Below are positions 7,219-16,541 of a stretch of DNA of 64,000 nt, one piece after another. The notes beneath the pieces are model-generated. The model was not told the origin of the DNA, searched no databases, and worked only from the letters and a program-made list of their open reading frames with translations. The position numbers were made by a program, and so were the translations under genes. How positions within the stretch are numbered: position 1 is the stretch's first letter; each line of letters begins with the position of its first letter. The stretch comes from Anaerolineales bacterium (GTDB lineage Bacteria > Chloroflexota > Anaerolineae > Anaerolineales > UBA11579): positions 630-64,629 of the forward strand of contig DATDRZ010000048.1 of assembly GCA_035291465.1 (NCBI GenBank). The letters run 5' to 3'.

Positions 7219-7228
7219 AGGCCCTTCG

Positions 7229-8146
7229 ATGAAGGCTCTCAACCATTCTGAAGCCCGCACGCTGATCGAGCGAGCCGCCGACGGCCTGCTGACGTCCGAT
7301 CAGCAGCGCGCGTTGGAAAGCCACCTGCAGGGCTGCGCAGATTGCCGCGCCTACGCCGGGGAGTTCGCCGCCTTGGAGGCCGCGCTGGGAGACACCTTCT
7401 TGGAGCGATGGGGCAAGCCGCAACTCTCTCAAGCTACAGAAAATAAGCTGGTAAAGCAGCTTCAGGAAACCTTTGGGCCAAACGGGGGATCTGGCGGGGG
7501 ACCGGGAGCGAAGTCTTTCGGTAATTGGGCGCGATGGGCGGGGCCCCTGATTCTTTTGGTTTTACTTGCGGCTGCTGCGATGGCCACCCTCGAGTTTCGG
7601 GCGGCTCAACCTAAACAAGAAACCGTTGAACTAATGCTGGATCTATTCGAGTCGGAAACTCCAACCCCCACGGCGAGTCGAACTGCGACAGTCACCAGAA
7701 CTGTTACCAAAACCCCTGCCGAAACCCCGAGCCCGCTGGTACTGGTTGCCATTCCAAAGCGGAATGCTAATTGCCGCGAAGGAAACGGAAATTCATTTGA
7801 TATTGCGGATACGTTGTTCGAAGGAGTTCCATACACTCCAATTGCGCGTGGATTTGACAACCTTTGGGTTCAGTTCCGGGGACCGGTCACCAACGTCAAA
7901 TGTTGGGCATTTATAGAAAACATCGATCTATTGATCGATGAGGTCGTGACTCCGATTGAGGAAATCCCGGAAAGCCTGCTCCCCTTTGTCGGCTACCCGC
8001 CGAGCCCCACCCCGACCTTTACGGCCACGCCAACCTCGGCCACCCAGCCGCAATGCAGCGATGGCATTGACAATGACAAGGACGGAGCCATTGACATGCA
8101 AGATAAAGATTGCAAAGACCGGCTGGATAACAACGAATTTGACTAA
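7229..8146 (+). CDS. anti-sigma factor (zf-HC2) with extracytoplasmic SH3-like domain and C-terminal DNDxDG motif
   Basis: Lies 10 nt after the sigma gene. HLQGCADC fits H-x3-C-x2-C. Single TM (GPLILLVLLAAAAMATL), TP linker, ectodomain NCREGNG...RGFDNLWVQF...CWAF, tail CSDGIDNDKDGAIDMQDKDC. Confidence 0.85.
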   Translation: MKALNHSEARTLIERAADGLLTSDQQRALESHLQGCADCRAYAGEFAALEAALGDTFLERWGKPQLSQATENKLVKQLQETFGPNGGSGGGPGAKSFGNWARWAGPLILLVLLAAAAMATLEFRAAQPKQETVELMLDLFESETPTPTASRTATVTRTVTKTPAETPSPLVLVAIPKRNANCREGNGNSFDIADTLFEGVPYTPIARGFDNLWVQFRGPVTNVKCWAFIENIDLLIDEVVTPIEEIPESLLPFVGYPPSPTPTFTATPTSATQPQCSDGIDNDKDGAIDMQDKDCKDRLDNNEFD

Positions 8147-8343
8147 CCCAGGCCAGGGATCCTGGCGTGGAAAAATGAAGGTTTATGTCCTAAAATGCAT
8201 CTAATTTGTTAGGCTTCCTCCAAGGAGGACGGCGAGGCTGCGTTTTTGAGGAGAACAAAGCCAATTGAAAAGGGTTACTTTGCAAGATTCGAATTTGGCC
8301 TTAAACTGATCTTCGGTACCACAAGCAGTGAGGAGAATTCGCC

Positions 8344-10755
8344 ATGGAAACCAAATCTCATCTGTTCATTAGTCTTGCCGGTCTGCTGGTTTTACTGCTG
8401 GCGGCCTGCGCTCCCGCAGGCGGAACACCGACAGTAGAACACGGTGCGCAACCAGGAGATCCGCTATACCAGCAACTAGTCTGGGACTGCAACACCGGCG
8501 AGAACTTGCCGGCCGACTACAGCACCGATGGGCCGATCCAGCCTGATGCAGGTTGTGATAACTGGCAGATCAACCGCTACGAACGCCCCTTTAACCCAGA
8601 GACCCAGGATATTTTCTTACCCGATCTGGACATTCTTTCCGCCGAATTGGGAACCGATGGGACCTGGTTTTATTTCCGGCTTTCTGTTTTTGATGTGAAC
8701 CAGGAAACCCAGGGATTGGACGGAACCTACGCTATTGAAATCGACATTGACATCGATGGTCGCGGGGACGTACTTGTCTTAGCTCGCAATCCTGGGGAAG
8801 AAGCCACTGAAGATTGGACGGTCCTCGGCGTTCAATTCCTCGGTGATGATGACAATGACGTCGGTGACCAGCAGCCCTTGGCCCCGGACCCACCCAATGC
8901 CGGAGATGGATACGACATCCTTGCCTTCGATCAAGGCCAGGGTGAAGACCCCGACCTTGCCTGGGCGCGTTACAAGCCTGGCAAACCGGCCATACTTGAA
9001 ATAGCCTTTAAGGCCTCCGGCATCTACAACGATCCCACATTCAAATGGTGGGCCTGGACCGATGAAGGCGTAGATAACCCGGCCGGTTTTGATTACCACG
9101 ACTTATATGATCACCCCGAAGCTGGAGATCCTAATGAAAGCCAGCCCTTCTTCCCCTCTCAAGCCATCAACGAGATGGACAACACCTGTGCGGCTATTTG
9201 GGGAACGGAACCTGGAGACGATCCGGATCTTTGTGTAAACGACGACTCGGTACCGCCTCCGGTAACACATCCCTCGCCAACGCCGACTCAGACCCCGGAA
9301 GACGAAACGCCAACTGCAACTCCTACCGCACCCTCAGAAACTCCCTGTGTGTTGGCGGATTTGGTCGTTGGCGCTACACCGGAAACGTGTACACCAACTC
9401 CCTCGCCCAGCCCCACCATGACGGCAACGCCTTGCGCGGCCTTTAACGCCAATAACACTGCAGGAATACCAAACACCTGCACACCAACACCCACTGAGTG
9501 CGTTCCCGAAATACCGGAAGACCTAATCGGCCCGGTCCAGACTATTCAGGCGAGCGGCGGTTTTGGCGGTCTAATTCGCGGCGGAGAAGAGACCATAACC
9601 CCTGGTCCCGCGGCCGAAGCTTGGGCAACCATACAGGCCTATTTCACCCAAACCCCAGGTGCAGGCCAGTTGATACGTGGCGGCTACGATTGCACGCCCA
9701 CGCCAACACCCACACCAACTGCAAGTTACACGCCGACGGTCACAGCCACTCCCTGTGTGCCGTTCGCGGCCACGGCCAACATCCCTAACACCTGCACTCC
9801 CACGCCTACGCTGTCGCCGACGCCCACACTGACTACCACGGATTGCTACAGCCTTTCTACTTACCTAGCTGCCAATTTGGTTGCCACTTGCACTCCCACC
9901 ATCACATACACTCCTACCGATACACCCACGACCTGCGCCACACTGAATCCGTTTACCGGGCAGCTTGAGGAATGCACACCAACTCCTACCGATTGTTATG
10001 TGCCGGTTGTCGGTGCGGTTGCCAACGTGGCCGTTACCTGCACACCTACCCCTACGCCGACGCCGACTGACTGCTATGTAGACTTCCCCTTTGCAAAGGT
10101 GGATTGCACCCCAACGCCTACGCCGACGCCCAGTCTCACTCCAACCCAGTGCACGGGTTTGAGCCCCGATACAACGGCGCCGTTGCCAATGCCCTGCACG
10201 CCCACTCCTACCGACTGCATCACGGTTGACTTCGCGGCAGCTTCAGTTTCCAACTGCACACCTACACCGACGCCCACTGAGTGTCTCGTCGGCGTCCAGA
10301 TCGGAGTTGATGAAGCCGGCGCTCCGATCTACGCGTACGAACGCTGCACGCCGACACCAACACCGACAGAGTGCATTGGATCCGATGCAGCAGGCGTGGT
10401 CGTTCCTTGCACGCCCACTCCCGAGACGGCAGCCTTGATGGTCTTCCCAGAACAGGACACCAACTGCCGGCAAAGCAACGCGCAAGGGGCGCCGATCCTT
10501 AGAACATTGTTGATGGGCCAAGGATATATACCGCTCGGGCGTGGTCCAGATAACTTATGGATGCTTTTCCTGGTGGACGGTGCACACTGTTGGGCGCTGG
10601 CTTCCCTGTTCGTCATCCCGTTCGGTCCGCTGCCAGATGTTCCGGGAGACGTGCTGCCGTACATTAACTATCCAACAGCGACGCCTACATCAATCCCGCC
10701 AACGTTCACACGCACTCCCACTCCCACAGCCACAAGGCCGCAAACCATACCGTGA
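8344..10755 (+). CDS. large secreted lipoprotein with Cys-loop/TPTPT repeat array
   Basis: GAGGAG RBS and lipobox LLVLLLAAC. An acidic N-domain of about 290 aa, about 12 C-x(10-20)-C loops each followed by TPTPT, and a C-terminal domain similar to the anti-sigma ectodomain. Confidence 0.85.
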   Translation: METKSHLFISLAGLLVLLLAACAPAGGTPTVEHGAQPGDPLYQQLVWDCNTGENLPADYSTDGPIQPDAGCDNWQINRYERPFNPETQDIFLPDLDILSAELGTDGTWFYFRLSVFDVNQETQGLDGTYAIEIDIDIDGRGDVLVLARNPGEEATEDWTVLGVQFLGDDDNDVGDQQPLAPDPPNAGDGYDILAFDQGQGEDPDLAWARYKPGKPAILEIAFKASGIYNDPTFKWWAWTDEGVDNPAGFDYHDLYDHPEAGDPNESQPFFPSQAINEMDNTCAAIWGTEPGDDPDLCVNDDSVPPPVTHPSPTPTQTPEDETPTATPTAPSETPCVLADLVVGATPETCTPTPSPSPTMTATPCAAFNANNTAGIPNTCTPTPTECVPEIPEDLIGPVQTIQASGGFGGLIRGGEETITPGPAAEAWATIQAYFTQTPGAGQLIRGGYDCTPTPTPTPTASYTPTVTATPCVPFAATANIPNTCTPTPTLSPTPTLTTTDCYSLSTYLAANLVATCTPTITYTPTDTPTTCATLNPFTGQLEECTPTPTDCYVPVVGAVANVAVTCTPTPTPTPTDCYVDFPFAKVDCTPTPTPTPSLTPTQCTGLSPDTTAPLPMPCTPTPTDCITVDFAAASVSNCTPTPTPTECLVGVQIGVDEAGAPIYAYERCTPTPTPTECIGSDAAGVVVPCTPTPETAALMVFPEQDTNCRQSNAQGAPILRTLLMGQGYIPLGRGPDNLWMLFLVDGAHCWALASLFVIPFGPLPDVPGDVLPYINYPTATPTSIPPTFTRTPTPTATRPQTIP
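9330..10420 (+). repeat. coding repeat array: TGCAC(N)CC(N)AC(N)CC(N)AC (= C-T-P-T-P-T) recurring about 12 times
   Basis: Recurrent CTPTP(T/S/E) after each closing Cys. Antisense frames read GVGVGV. Confidence 0.8.
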
Positions 10756-10829
10756 TTTGGTCGTGTGAATGACGCGAGGGACCGCGACTAGAAGAATATG
10801 ATCTGAGGGCAACAGTTGCGATAAGAAAA

Positions 10830-10861
10830 CTGGACGGGTCATGCGACCCGTCCAGTTTTTT
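10830..10861 (+). terminator. intrinsic terminator
   Basis: CTGGACGGGTC-ATGC-GACCCGTCCAG followed by TTTTTT. Confidence 0.8.
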
Positions 10862-10941
10862 CCAAGTCTGATTAACTACATACCAGTCATGCGATAAGCA
10901 ATTCCGGTCCAAACACAGTAAAATCTCGTCAATTCCCTCCC

Positions 10942-12177
10942 ATGTTTAGGAAACAAAGCGCCACCACACCTCATCGGTTCAGTCCGGATGATAGGCAAAT
11001 CACGCGGCCGTCTGCCGCCGTGCCGCGCCGACCGAACCGGGCTGGTTCCGGCGGCAAGGACAATGATCCACCGTCAAGTGATCGGCCCGGATGCTTAGCC
11101 GGTCTTTTCAAATCCCCATTTATTACTGCGGTTGCGGTTCTGGTAGCAGCCTTGTTCCTGGTCTCCGCCGCCAGCGCCGCGGTTGGTTGGTCACTGGGTT
11201 CCATCGAATACTCCGCCACGGCAACGATGGAAGCCGGAATTTATATGCTAGATCAATATAACCTGGCGCTAGCAGATTTAGAGGCTGGCAGCCTTTCCCT
11301 GGCCCGCCAGCGCTTGGAATTTATCTTCGCACAAAATCCAAATTTCCTGGACGTCCAGCAGCAGCTGTTGCAGGTGCTGGTAGCACTGGGCAACAACCCT
11401 GAGCCGATCAGCGGATTGCCCACGGAAACCCCAACCCCGACGCCTGACCCGCGGCCAAAAGAGGAGCTTTTCAACGCGGCTCAAGCGTTGTTCATTGCGC
11501 GCGACTGGACGGGGACCATCGACACGCTGTTATCGCTGCGCAAAGCGGATCCGAATTTTCGTACTGCCGACGTGGATGGCATGTTCTACGCATCTCTGCG
11601 CAACCGGGGAGCACAAAACATTTTGGAGCTGGGTCTGTTCGAGCCCGGTCTTTATGATTTCTCACTGGCAGAAAAATTCGGACCTTTGGACGCGGACGCC
11701 CAAAAATACCGCACCTGGGCAAGACTATATTTGTGGGGCAATGCATTTTGGCTGGCCTACCCGCAAGATGCCGCCTACTACTATGGACAGGTTGCTTCAC
11801 TGGCGCCCAACCTTACTGATGCTTCGGGAATATCGGCTTTCTCACGCTACTGGCATTCACTCATTCACTGGGGAGACCAGCTCGTTACGGATGAAGACTG
11901 GTGCGGCGCGTATGAACAATATCAAGTAGCACTGACCGTTCGCAACGAAGCCGACCTGCAGGGAAAGTCCGATCAGGCCTACAGCCTGTGCTTCGTAGCT
12001 ACCAACACGCCTGCGTTTACAGCAACTTTTACGCCGACAATCACTTTTCTCCCTTTTACTGAAACGCCGGGTTTAACCGCAACGCCGACATTTACCCCGG
12101 GAGCCATTACGGCAACACCCAGTCCCACGCCCACATCCAGTCCCACCCCCACACCTACGGAAACACCGACCCCCTAA
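10942..12177 (+). CDS. single-pass membrane protein with helical-repeat (TPR-like) ectodomain and TP-rich tail
   Basis: 411-aa ORF. Basic cytoplasmic N-terminus, TM (FITAVAVLVAALFLVSAASAAV), C-terminal TPTFTPGAITATPSPTPTSSPTPTPTETPTP. The stop lies 3 nt before the LCP gene. Confidence 0.7.
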   Translation: MFRKQSATTPHRFSPDDRQITRPSAAVPRRPNRAGSGGKDNDPPSSDRPGCLAGLFKSPFITAVAVLVAALFLVSAASAAVGWSLGSIEYSATATMEAGIYMLDQYNLALADLEAGSLSLARQRLEFIFAQNPNFLDVQQQLLQVLVALGNNPEPISGLPTETPTPTPDPRPKEELFNAAQALFIARDWTGTIDTLLSLRKADPNFRTADVDGMFYASLRNRGAQNILELGLFEPGLYDFSLAEKFGPLDADAQKYRTWARLYLWGNAFWLAYPQDAAYYYGQVASLAPNLTDASGISAFSRYWHSLIHWGDQLVTDEDWCGAYEQYQVALTVRNEADLQGKSDQAYSLCFVATNTPAFTATFTPTITFLPFTETPGLTATPTFTPGAITATPSPTPTSSPTPTPTETPTP

Positions 12178-12179
12178 GC

Positions 12180-13571
12180 ATGGCTCGATCAAAGATCCGC
12201 GAATTTTTACAGCGAAATCGGAGGCTCTCGATACTGGCCATCGCAGCCTTCTTTGTAATCGCCATCCTGCTGATCCCACTTAGCTACACATTCGCACACT
12301 GGGTGGCTGCTGCCCCCCGGGGTGCCTTTGGTCTGCCTGTCCCCTTACAGGGAGGAGCAGGCACACTAAGCCCAGATATCCTCGAGACCCCAGGAGGGTT
12401 CACGCTGCCCGAACCCTGGAGTGGCGCTGACCGGGTAACGATCCTCCTCATGGGTCTGGATTATCGCGACTGGAGCGCCGGAGAGGGGCCGTCGCGAACC
12501 GACACCATGATCCTGCTCAGTGTCGATCCGGTGACCAAGACGGCCAGTATTCTTTCCATTCCCCGTGATTTGTGGGCAGTGATACCCGGTTTCTCCCCCA
12601 ATAAGATCAATACCGCCCACTATTATGGCGAGCTATATAAGGTCCCTGGCGGGGGACCGGAACTGGCCATGCGCACCGTTGAGCAGACCATTGGAATACC
12701 AATCGATTACTATGCCCGTATTGATTTCAACGCGTTCATCAAATTCATTGATTTGATCGGCGGTGTGAAGATCGACGTTCCGGAACCGATCACAGTGGAT
12801 CCACTCGGGGCGGACACGCAGCCTAAGAATCTCAAACCGGGGATACAAACGCTCCCCGGTGCTGTGGCGCTGGCCTACGCCCGCGAACGCCACGTGAAAG
12901 GCGGCGATTTTTCGCGCGCAGAACGCCAGCAGCAGATCATCTTGGGAATCCGAAACCGCATTCTTGAGTTCAATCTGTTACCTGGACTGATCGCAAACGC
13001 ACCGCAAATCTATGCTGAACTGTCCGCGGGCATTTCATCTAATCTGTCGCTTGAAGACGCAATCCAATTGGCGGTGCTTGCCAGCCAAATCGATTCGGCC
13101 AATATCAAACGGGGAGTCATCAATGAGAAATACGTGATTTTTGGACGTTCACCGGATGATCTTTCCATCTTGATCCCTATCCCTGACAAAATCCGCGAAC
13201 TGCGCGATGAAATCTTCACCGGTAACGCAGGCCTGGGTCCACTCACCCCAGGCAGCCCCGAAGAGCGTCTCGCCGCCGAAGCTCCGCGCATCTCCATCCA
13301 AAACGGAACATCGGATGGCAGCCTGGGTGGGCGGACACAGGCGTTCCTTGCCGGCCTTGGAGCCAACATTGTTGAAGTTCGCGCTACCGGCAGCGCGCTA
13401 AGCCAAACCATTTTAGTCGACCATACCGGCAACCCTTACACGCTTGCCTATCTGTCCCAACTGATGGGCGTGGAAAGTTCGCGCATCATCCACGAGTTCG
13501 ATCCGACGAATTCGATCGATGTAGAAATCCGCTTAGGCAACGACTGGCTAGCGAGCAATTCATTGCCCTAG
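12180..13571 (+). CDS. LytR-CpsA-Psr (LCP) family glycopolymer ligase, paralog 1
   Basis: N-terminal TM; RTDTMILLSVDP...ILSIPRDLW...NKINTAHYYG signature; C-terminal LytR_C-like region. Confidence 0.9.
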   Translation: MARSKIREFLQRNRRLSILAIAAFFVIAILLIPLSYTFAHWVAAAPRGAFGLPVPLQGGAGTLSPDILETPGGFTLPEPWSGADRVTILLMGLDYRDWSAGEGPSRTDTMILLSVDPVTKTASILSIPRDLWAVIPGFSPNKINTAHYYGELYKVPGGGPELAMRTVEQTIGIPIDYYARIDFNAFIKFIDLIGGVKIDVPEPITVDPLGADTQPKNLKPGIQTLPGAVALAYARERHVKGGDFSRAERQQQIILGIRNRILEFNLLPGLIANAPQIYAELSAGISSNLSLEDAIQLAVLASQIDSANIKRGVINEKYVIFGRSPDDLSILIPIPDKIRELRDEIFTGNAGLGPLTPGSPEERLAAEAPRISIQNGTSDGSLGGRTQAFLAGLGANIVEVRATGSALSQTILVDHTGNPYTLAYLSQLMGVESSRIIHEFDPTNSIDVEIRLGNDWLASNSLP

Positions 13572-13773
13572 CGGGGACTAACCGTTGTCCGTTTTTTAGT
13601 TTGGTTTCAAGGGATTTAAGAGACAAGTAGCTGGGCAATTGGGCTACTTAAAGCGCTAGGATACATGGGAAGACAATAACGAGGGAAACACAAGAATGGC
13701 CTAGTAAACCGCCGCACTCCACAATAAGTTAAACGAATCCGGGCAACTGGCACAGACAACCGATAACTAACAC

Positions 13774-13779
13774 TATAAT
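13774..13779 (+). promoter_or_regulatory. -10 box TATAAT 9 nt before the surE ATG (near-leaderless mRNA)
   Basis: ACACTATAATTCCACGCCCATG. There is no SD between the box and the ATG, and the -35 is weak. Confidence 0.35.
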
Positions 13780-13788
13780 TCCACGCCC

Positions 13789-14604
13789 ATGGCCAAAAAC
13801 AAAAGACCACAAATCCTGCTTACCAACGACGACGGAATCAACTCCCCCGGGCTCTGGGTGGCTGCAGAAGCCCTCTCAGGACTTGGCTATGTGTGGGTGG
13901 CGGCACCGCGCGAGCAATCCTCAGGCATGGGGCGCAGCATGCCGCCTACTTCCGACGGCATCATCACCGCGCAGACAATCACCATCCACGAAAAAGAATG
14001 GACGATCTATGCGGTGGGTGGCACTCCTGCACAAACTGTGCAGCACGCCATCCTCGAAATCATGCCCACCCCACCAGACCTGGTGGTGGCCGGCATCAAC
14101 TACGGCACGAACTTTGGCACGGGGGTCACTATTTCGGGCACAGTTGGCGCTGCAATGGAAGGGGCATCGCACAACATCCCATCCCTAGCGGTCTCGCTCG
14201 AGACGGAACACAAATACCATCTAAGCCATTCCAAAGAGGTAGATTTCAAGCCCTCAGCGTACTTCACCACTTTATTCGCGCGGCAACTGTTAACGAAGAG
14301 ATTTCCACCGGATGTCCAGGTTTTAAAAGTGGAAGTGCCTTCGGATGCAACCATAGAAACTCCGTGGGCACTCACCCGGCTTTCAAAGCTACGCTTTTAT
14401 CTGCCAACAGCCCCTAACCGCAACTCATGGAGCGAACCGGGTTCCACGGGCTATGAACAAGTGCCGGAGGCCAGTGCTTTTGCAAAGGATACGGATGTTT
14501 ATACGGTCATCGTCAAGCGCCAGGTGGCAGTAACGCCCCTCACGTTGGACATGACCTCTAATGTTTCTTTTGAGGAATTGAAAAAGGAGCTCAAACAAAC
14601 TTGA
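13789..14604 (+). CDS. surE: 5'/3'-nucleotidase SurE
   Basis: ILLTNDDGINSPGL N-terminal signature; 271 aa. Confidence 0.9.
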   Translation: MAKNKRPQILLTNDDGINSPGLWVAAEALSGLGYVWVAAPREQSSGMGRSMPPTSDGIITAQTITIHEKEWTIYAVGGTPAQTVQHAILEIMPTPPDLVVAGINYGTNFGTGVTISGTVGAAMEGASHNIPSLAVSLETEHKYHLSHSKEVDFKPSAYFTTLFARQLLTKRFPPDVQVLKVEVPSDATIETPWALTRLSKLRFYLPTAPNRNSWSEPGSTGYEQVPEASAFAKDTDVYTVIVKRQVAVTPLTLDMTSNVSFEELKKELKQT

Positions 14605-14731
14605 TCTTCAACAGCTGCCCTCAAAAGGTTGTAACGAAATTTGCGATTTCCCCGGCCAATAGCAACTTCGGCATTAACTATCCTTGCCACCGGCACAATT
14701 CTGCGGTGCATCGGTACTTTATTTAATTTGG

Positions 14732-15829
14732 TTAATTGTTTATCGGCAACGATTGCTTTTCCGACAATTTGCCGGCTCTAATCATCCAAAGCAATGCGGC
14801 CCAGGTAAGCAATAGAACGCCGGTCCAATAGGTGTATTCCCATTCAGCCCGGATTGATGTTTGTCCTAAAAACAGATAAGGGAGGTAATAAAGAGCCAAG
14901 AGAACATAGCCGACGAACGATCCGCTTTGAAGGACAGGGAATACGCCAATCACAAAAGGAACCAGAAAGCTGCTCCCAGAATACGGAGCCAACAACATAC
15001 TGGCTGTGATCAGCATGGCGACTTCGTGATTTCTTAATTTGCTCCAACCCTTTTGTAATCCCCAAAGCGTTGCAAGCAGCACAACAATCCAAGAGCCGAA
15101 GATCACCGGCTCCGGTAATTCAAACCTGGATAACGCACCCCAAATACTACTATCAATATCGGATCCGATAGGGAAGCGGCGTAAAGCTTCAAACCAAGCG
15201 GGCCACTTCCAAATCAAAAAGGGCACTACATATATAACGCTCAAGGCTGCGACTTTCGCGATTTTTTCCCTTGGCCATTTCAGCAAAACCCATAAGGCAG
15301 CCGAAAGGAGCAGTAACCAACTCTCCTGCGGTTTGCTGGAAAGCAATATCAGGGATGCTGCCGCTGCCCAAGGGGTTTCCGTTTCGAGAGCCCAAAGGAA
15401 CAGCAGCACACCAAGGATGATTAAAAATTCCATGTTGCCATCCACCAGCTGGCGTGCAGCGGGGTAAGAAAGAGAGAGCAGCAACAGGTAAGACCCCCAC
15501 TTGAAGAGGTTGGACTTACGAGGAACACTTAGCGCCAACGTAACTAGGGTGGAAAAAACGAAAAACCCCCCACTAACTGCAAATGGCCAGATCGTAATCG
15601 GCCATAGCAGGGCCAGCGTCCAGGGGGGATTAAAAATCCGAACGCCTTCATAGTTAATGGAGAAATTATGAGTAGCTTTCCAATACATTTCCCAATCCAA
15701 GATAAAGCCGGGGATGGTTACGAAATACTCTCCTAACCTTCCAAAGGTGTAAGTCAAGATAATGAACAACAAAAACATACTCGCTATTTTTTTAACTCGA
15801 TCAACGCCAAGCATTTGCAATTCAGCCAT
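14732..15829 (-). CDS. GT-C-type membrane glycosyltransferase (DUF2029/GT87-like)
   Basis: 365 aa with about 10 TM helices. The first loop, ILDWEMYWKA...IFNPPW, resembles polyprenol-phosphate-sugar-dependent GT87/DUF2029 proteins. Its start overlaps the upstream ppm-like gene by 8 nt. Confidence 0.6.
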   Translation of the reverse strand: MAELQMLGVDRVKKIASMFLLFIILTYTFGRLGEYFVTIPGFILDWEMYWKATHNFSINYEGVRIFNPPWTLALLWPITIWPFAVSGGFFVFSTLVTLALSVPRKSNLFKWGSYLLLLSLSYPAARQLVDGNMEFLIILGVLLFLWALETETPWAAAASLILLSSKPQESWLLLLSAALWVLLKWPREKIAKVAALSVIYVVPFLIWKWPAWFEALRRFPIGSDIDSSIWGALSRFELPEPVIFGSWIVVLLATLWGLQKGWSKLRNHEVAMLITASMLLAPYSGSSFLVPFVIGVFPVLQSGSFVGYVLLALYYLPYLFLGQTSIRAEWEYTYWTGVLLLTWAALLWMIRAGKLSEKQSLPINN

Positions 15830-16532
15830 ATCTCCATTTCACCTGCCACACACGCCAGGCGGCTTCCAGCTGGACGCGGATATTCATTTTCGATTCCCCC
15901 CACTTCCGGTCGGCGAAGTAAATAGGCACTTCGCCGAAGCGGCAGCCTTGCAACTGCGCCAGGTAGAGCAGCTCTACCAGAAATACATAGCCATTGGATA
16001 TCACGTACCGGTAAGGTATACGTTGCAGCATTTCGCGGCGCCACAATCGGAAACCCCCGGTTACATCCCGCACCGGCAGCCCCAGGATGCTGCGCGCGTA
16101 AAAGTTCGCCCAGCGCGAGAGCGCCTTGCGCCATAGGGGCCAGCGTTCATCCACCCCGCCGCCGGGAATATACCGGGAACCCAAAGCCAGGTCGCAGGTT
16201 TCAAGCCTGGCTGCCAGAGCTGGCAACTTCTCTGGTGGATGTGAAAAGTCGCAGTCCATCTGCCCTATGGCCTCGGCATCGCCTTGCAAAGCGTGTTCAA
16301 AGGCAAATACATAGGCGCGACCCAGCCCGCGAGGACCTTTGCGATGCAAGACCTCTATTCGGCCGGGAAACTGTTTTGCCAAGCCCTCGGCCACATCTCC
16401 CGTACCATCCGGGCTCAGGTCGTCAACGATCAGTAAACGAAGATCAGGAAGCCCCAGGTTGAAGAGCGCTGGAACCAGCCGCGGGAGGTTTTCGGCTTCG
16501 TTATAGGTGGGCAAAACCAGGGTTATTTTCAT
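15822..16532 (-). CDS. polyprenol-monophosphomannose synthase (GT2, Ppm1/DPM1-like)
   Basis: VLPTYNEAENL, LLIVDDLSPDGT and RKGPRGLGRAY are typical of dolichol/polyprenol-phosphate mannosyltransferases. Confidence 0.88.
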   Translation of the reverse strand: MKITLVLPTYNEAENLPRLVPALFNLGLPDLRLLIVDDLSPDGTGDVAEGLAKQFPGRIEVLHRKGPRGLGRAYVFAFEHALQGDAEAIGQMDCDFSHPPEKLPALAARLETCDLALGSRYIPGGGVDERWPLWRKALSRWANFYARSILGLPVRDVTGGFRLWRREMLQRIPYRYVISNGYVFLVELLYLAQLQGCRFGEVPIYFADRKWGESKMNIRVQLEAAWRVWQVKWRYG

Positions 16533-16541
16533 GCAAACCTA

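Noticed and set aside
9288-10277. Minus-strand ORFs rich in GVGVGV
   Set aside because: They are the antisense reading of the TPTPTP-coding repeats.
12180-13571. Possible recent duplication or mobile origin of the two LCP genes (12180-13571 and 49736-51157)
   Set aside because: The proteins share motifs but are clearly diverged at the DNA level. No flanking repeats or mobility genes are present. They are ordinary paralogs.
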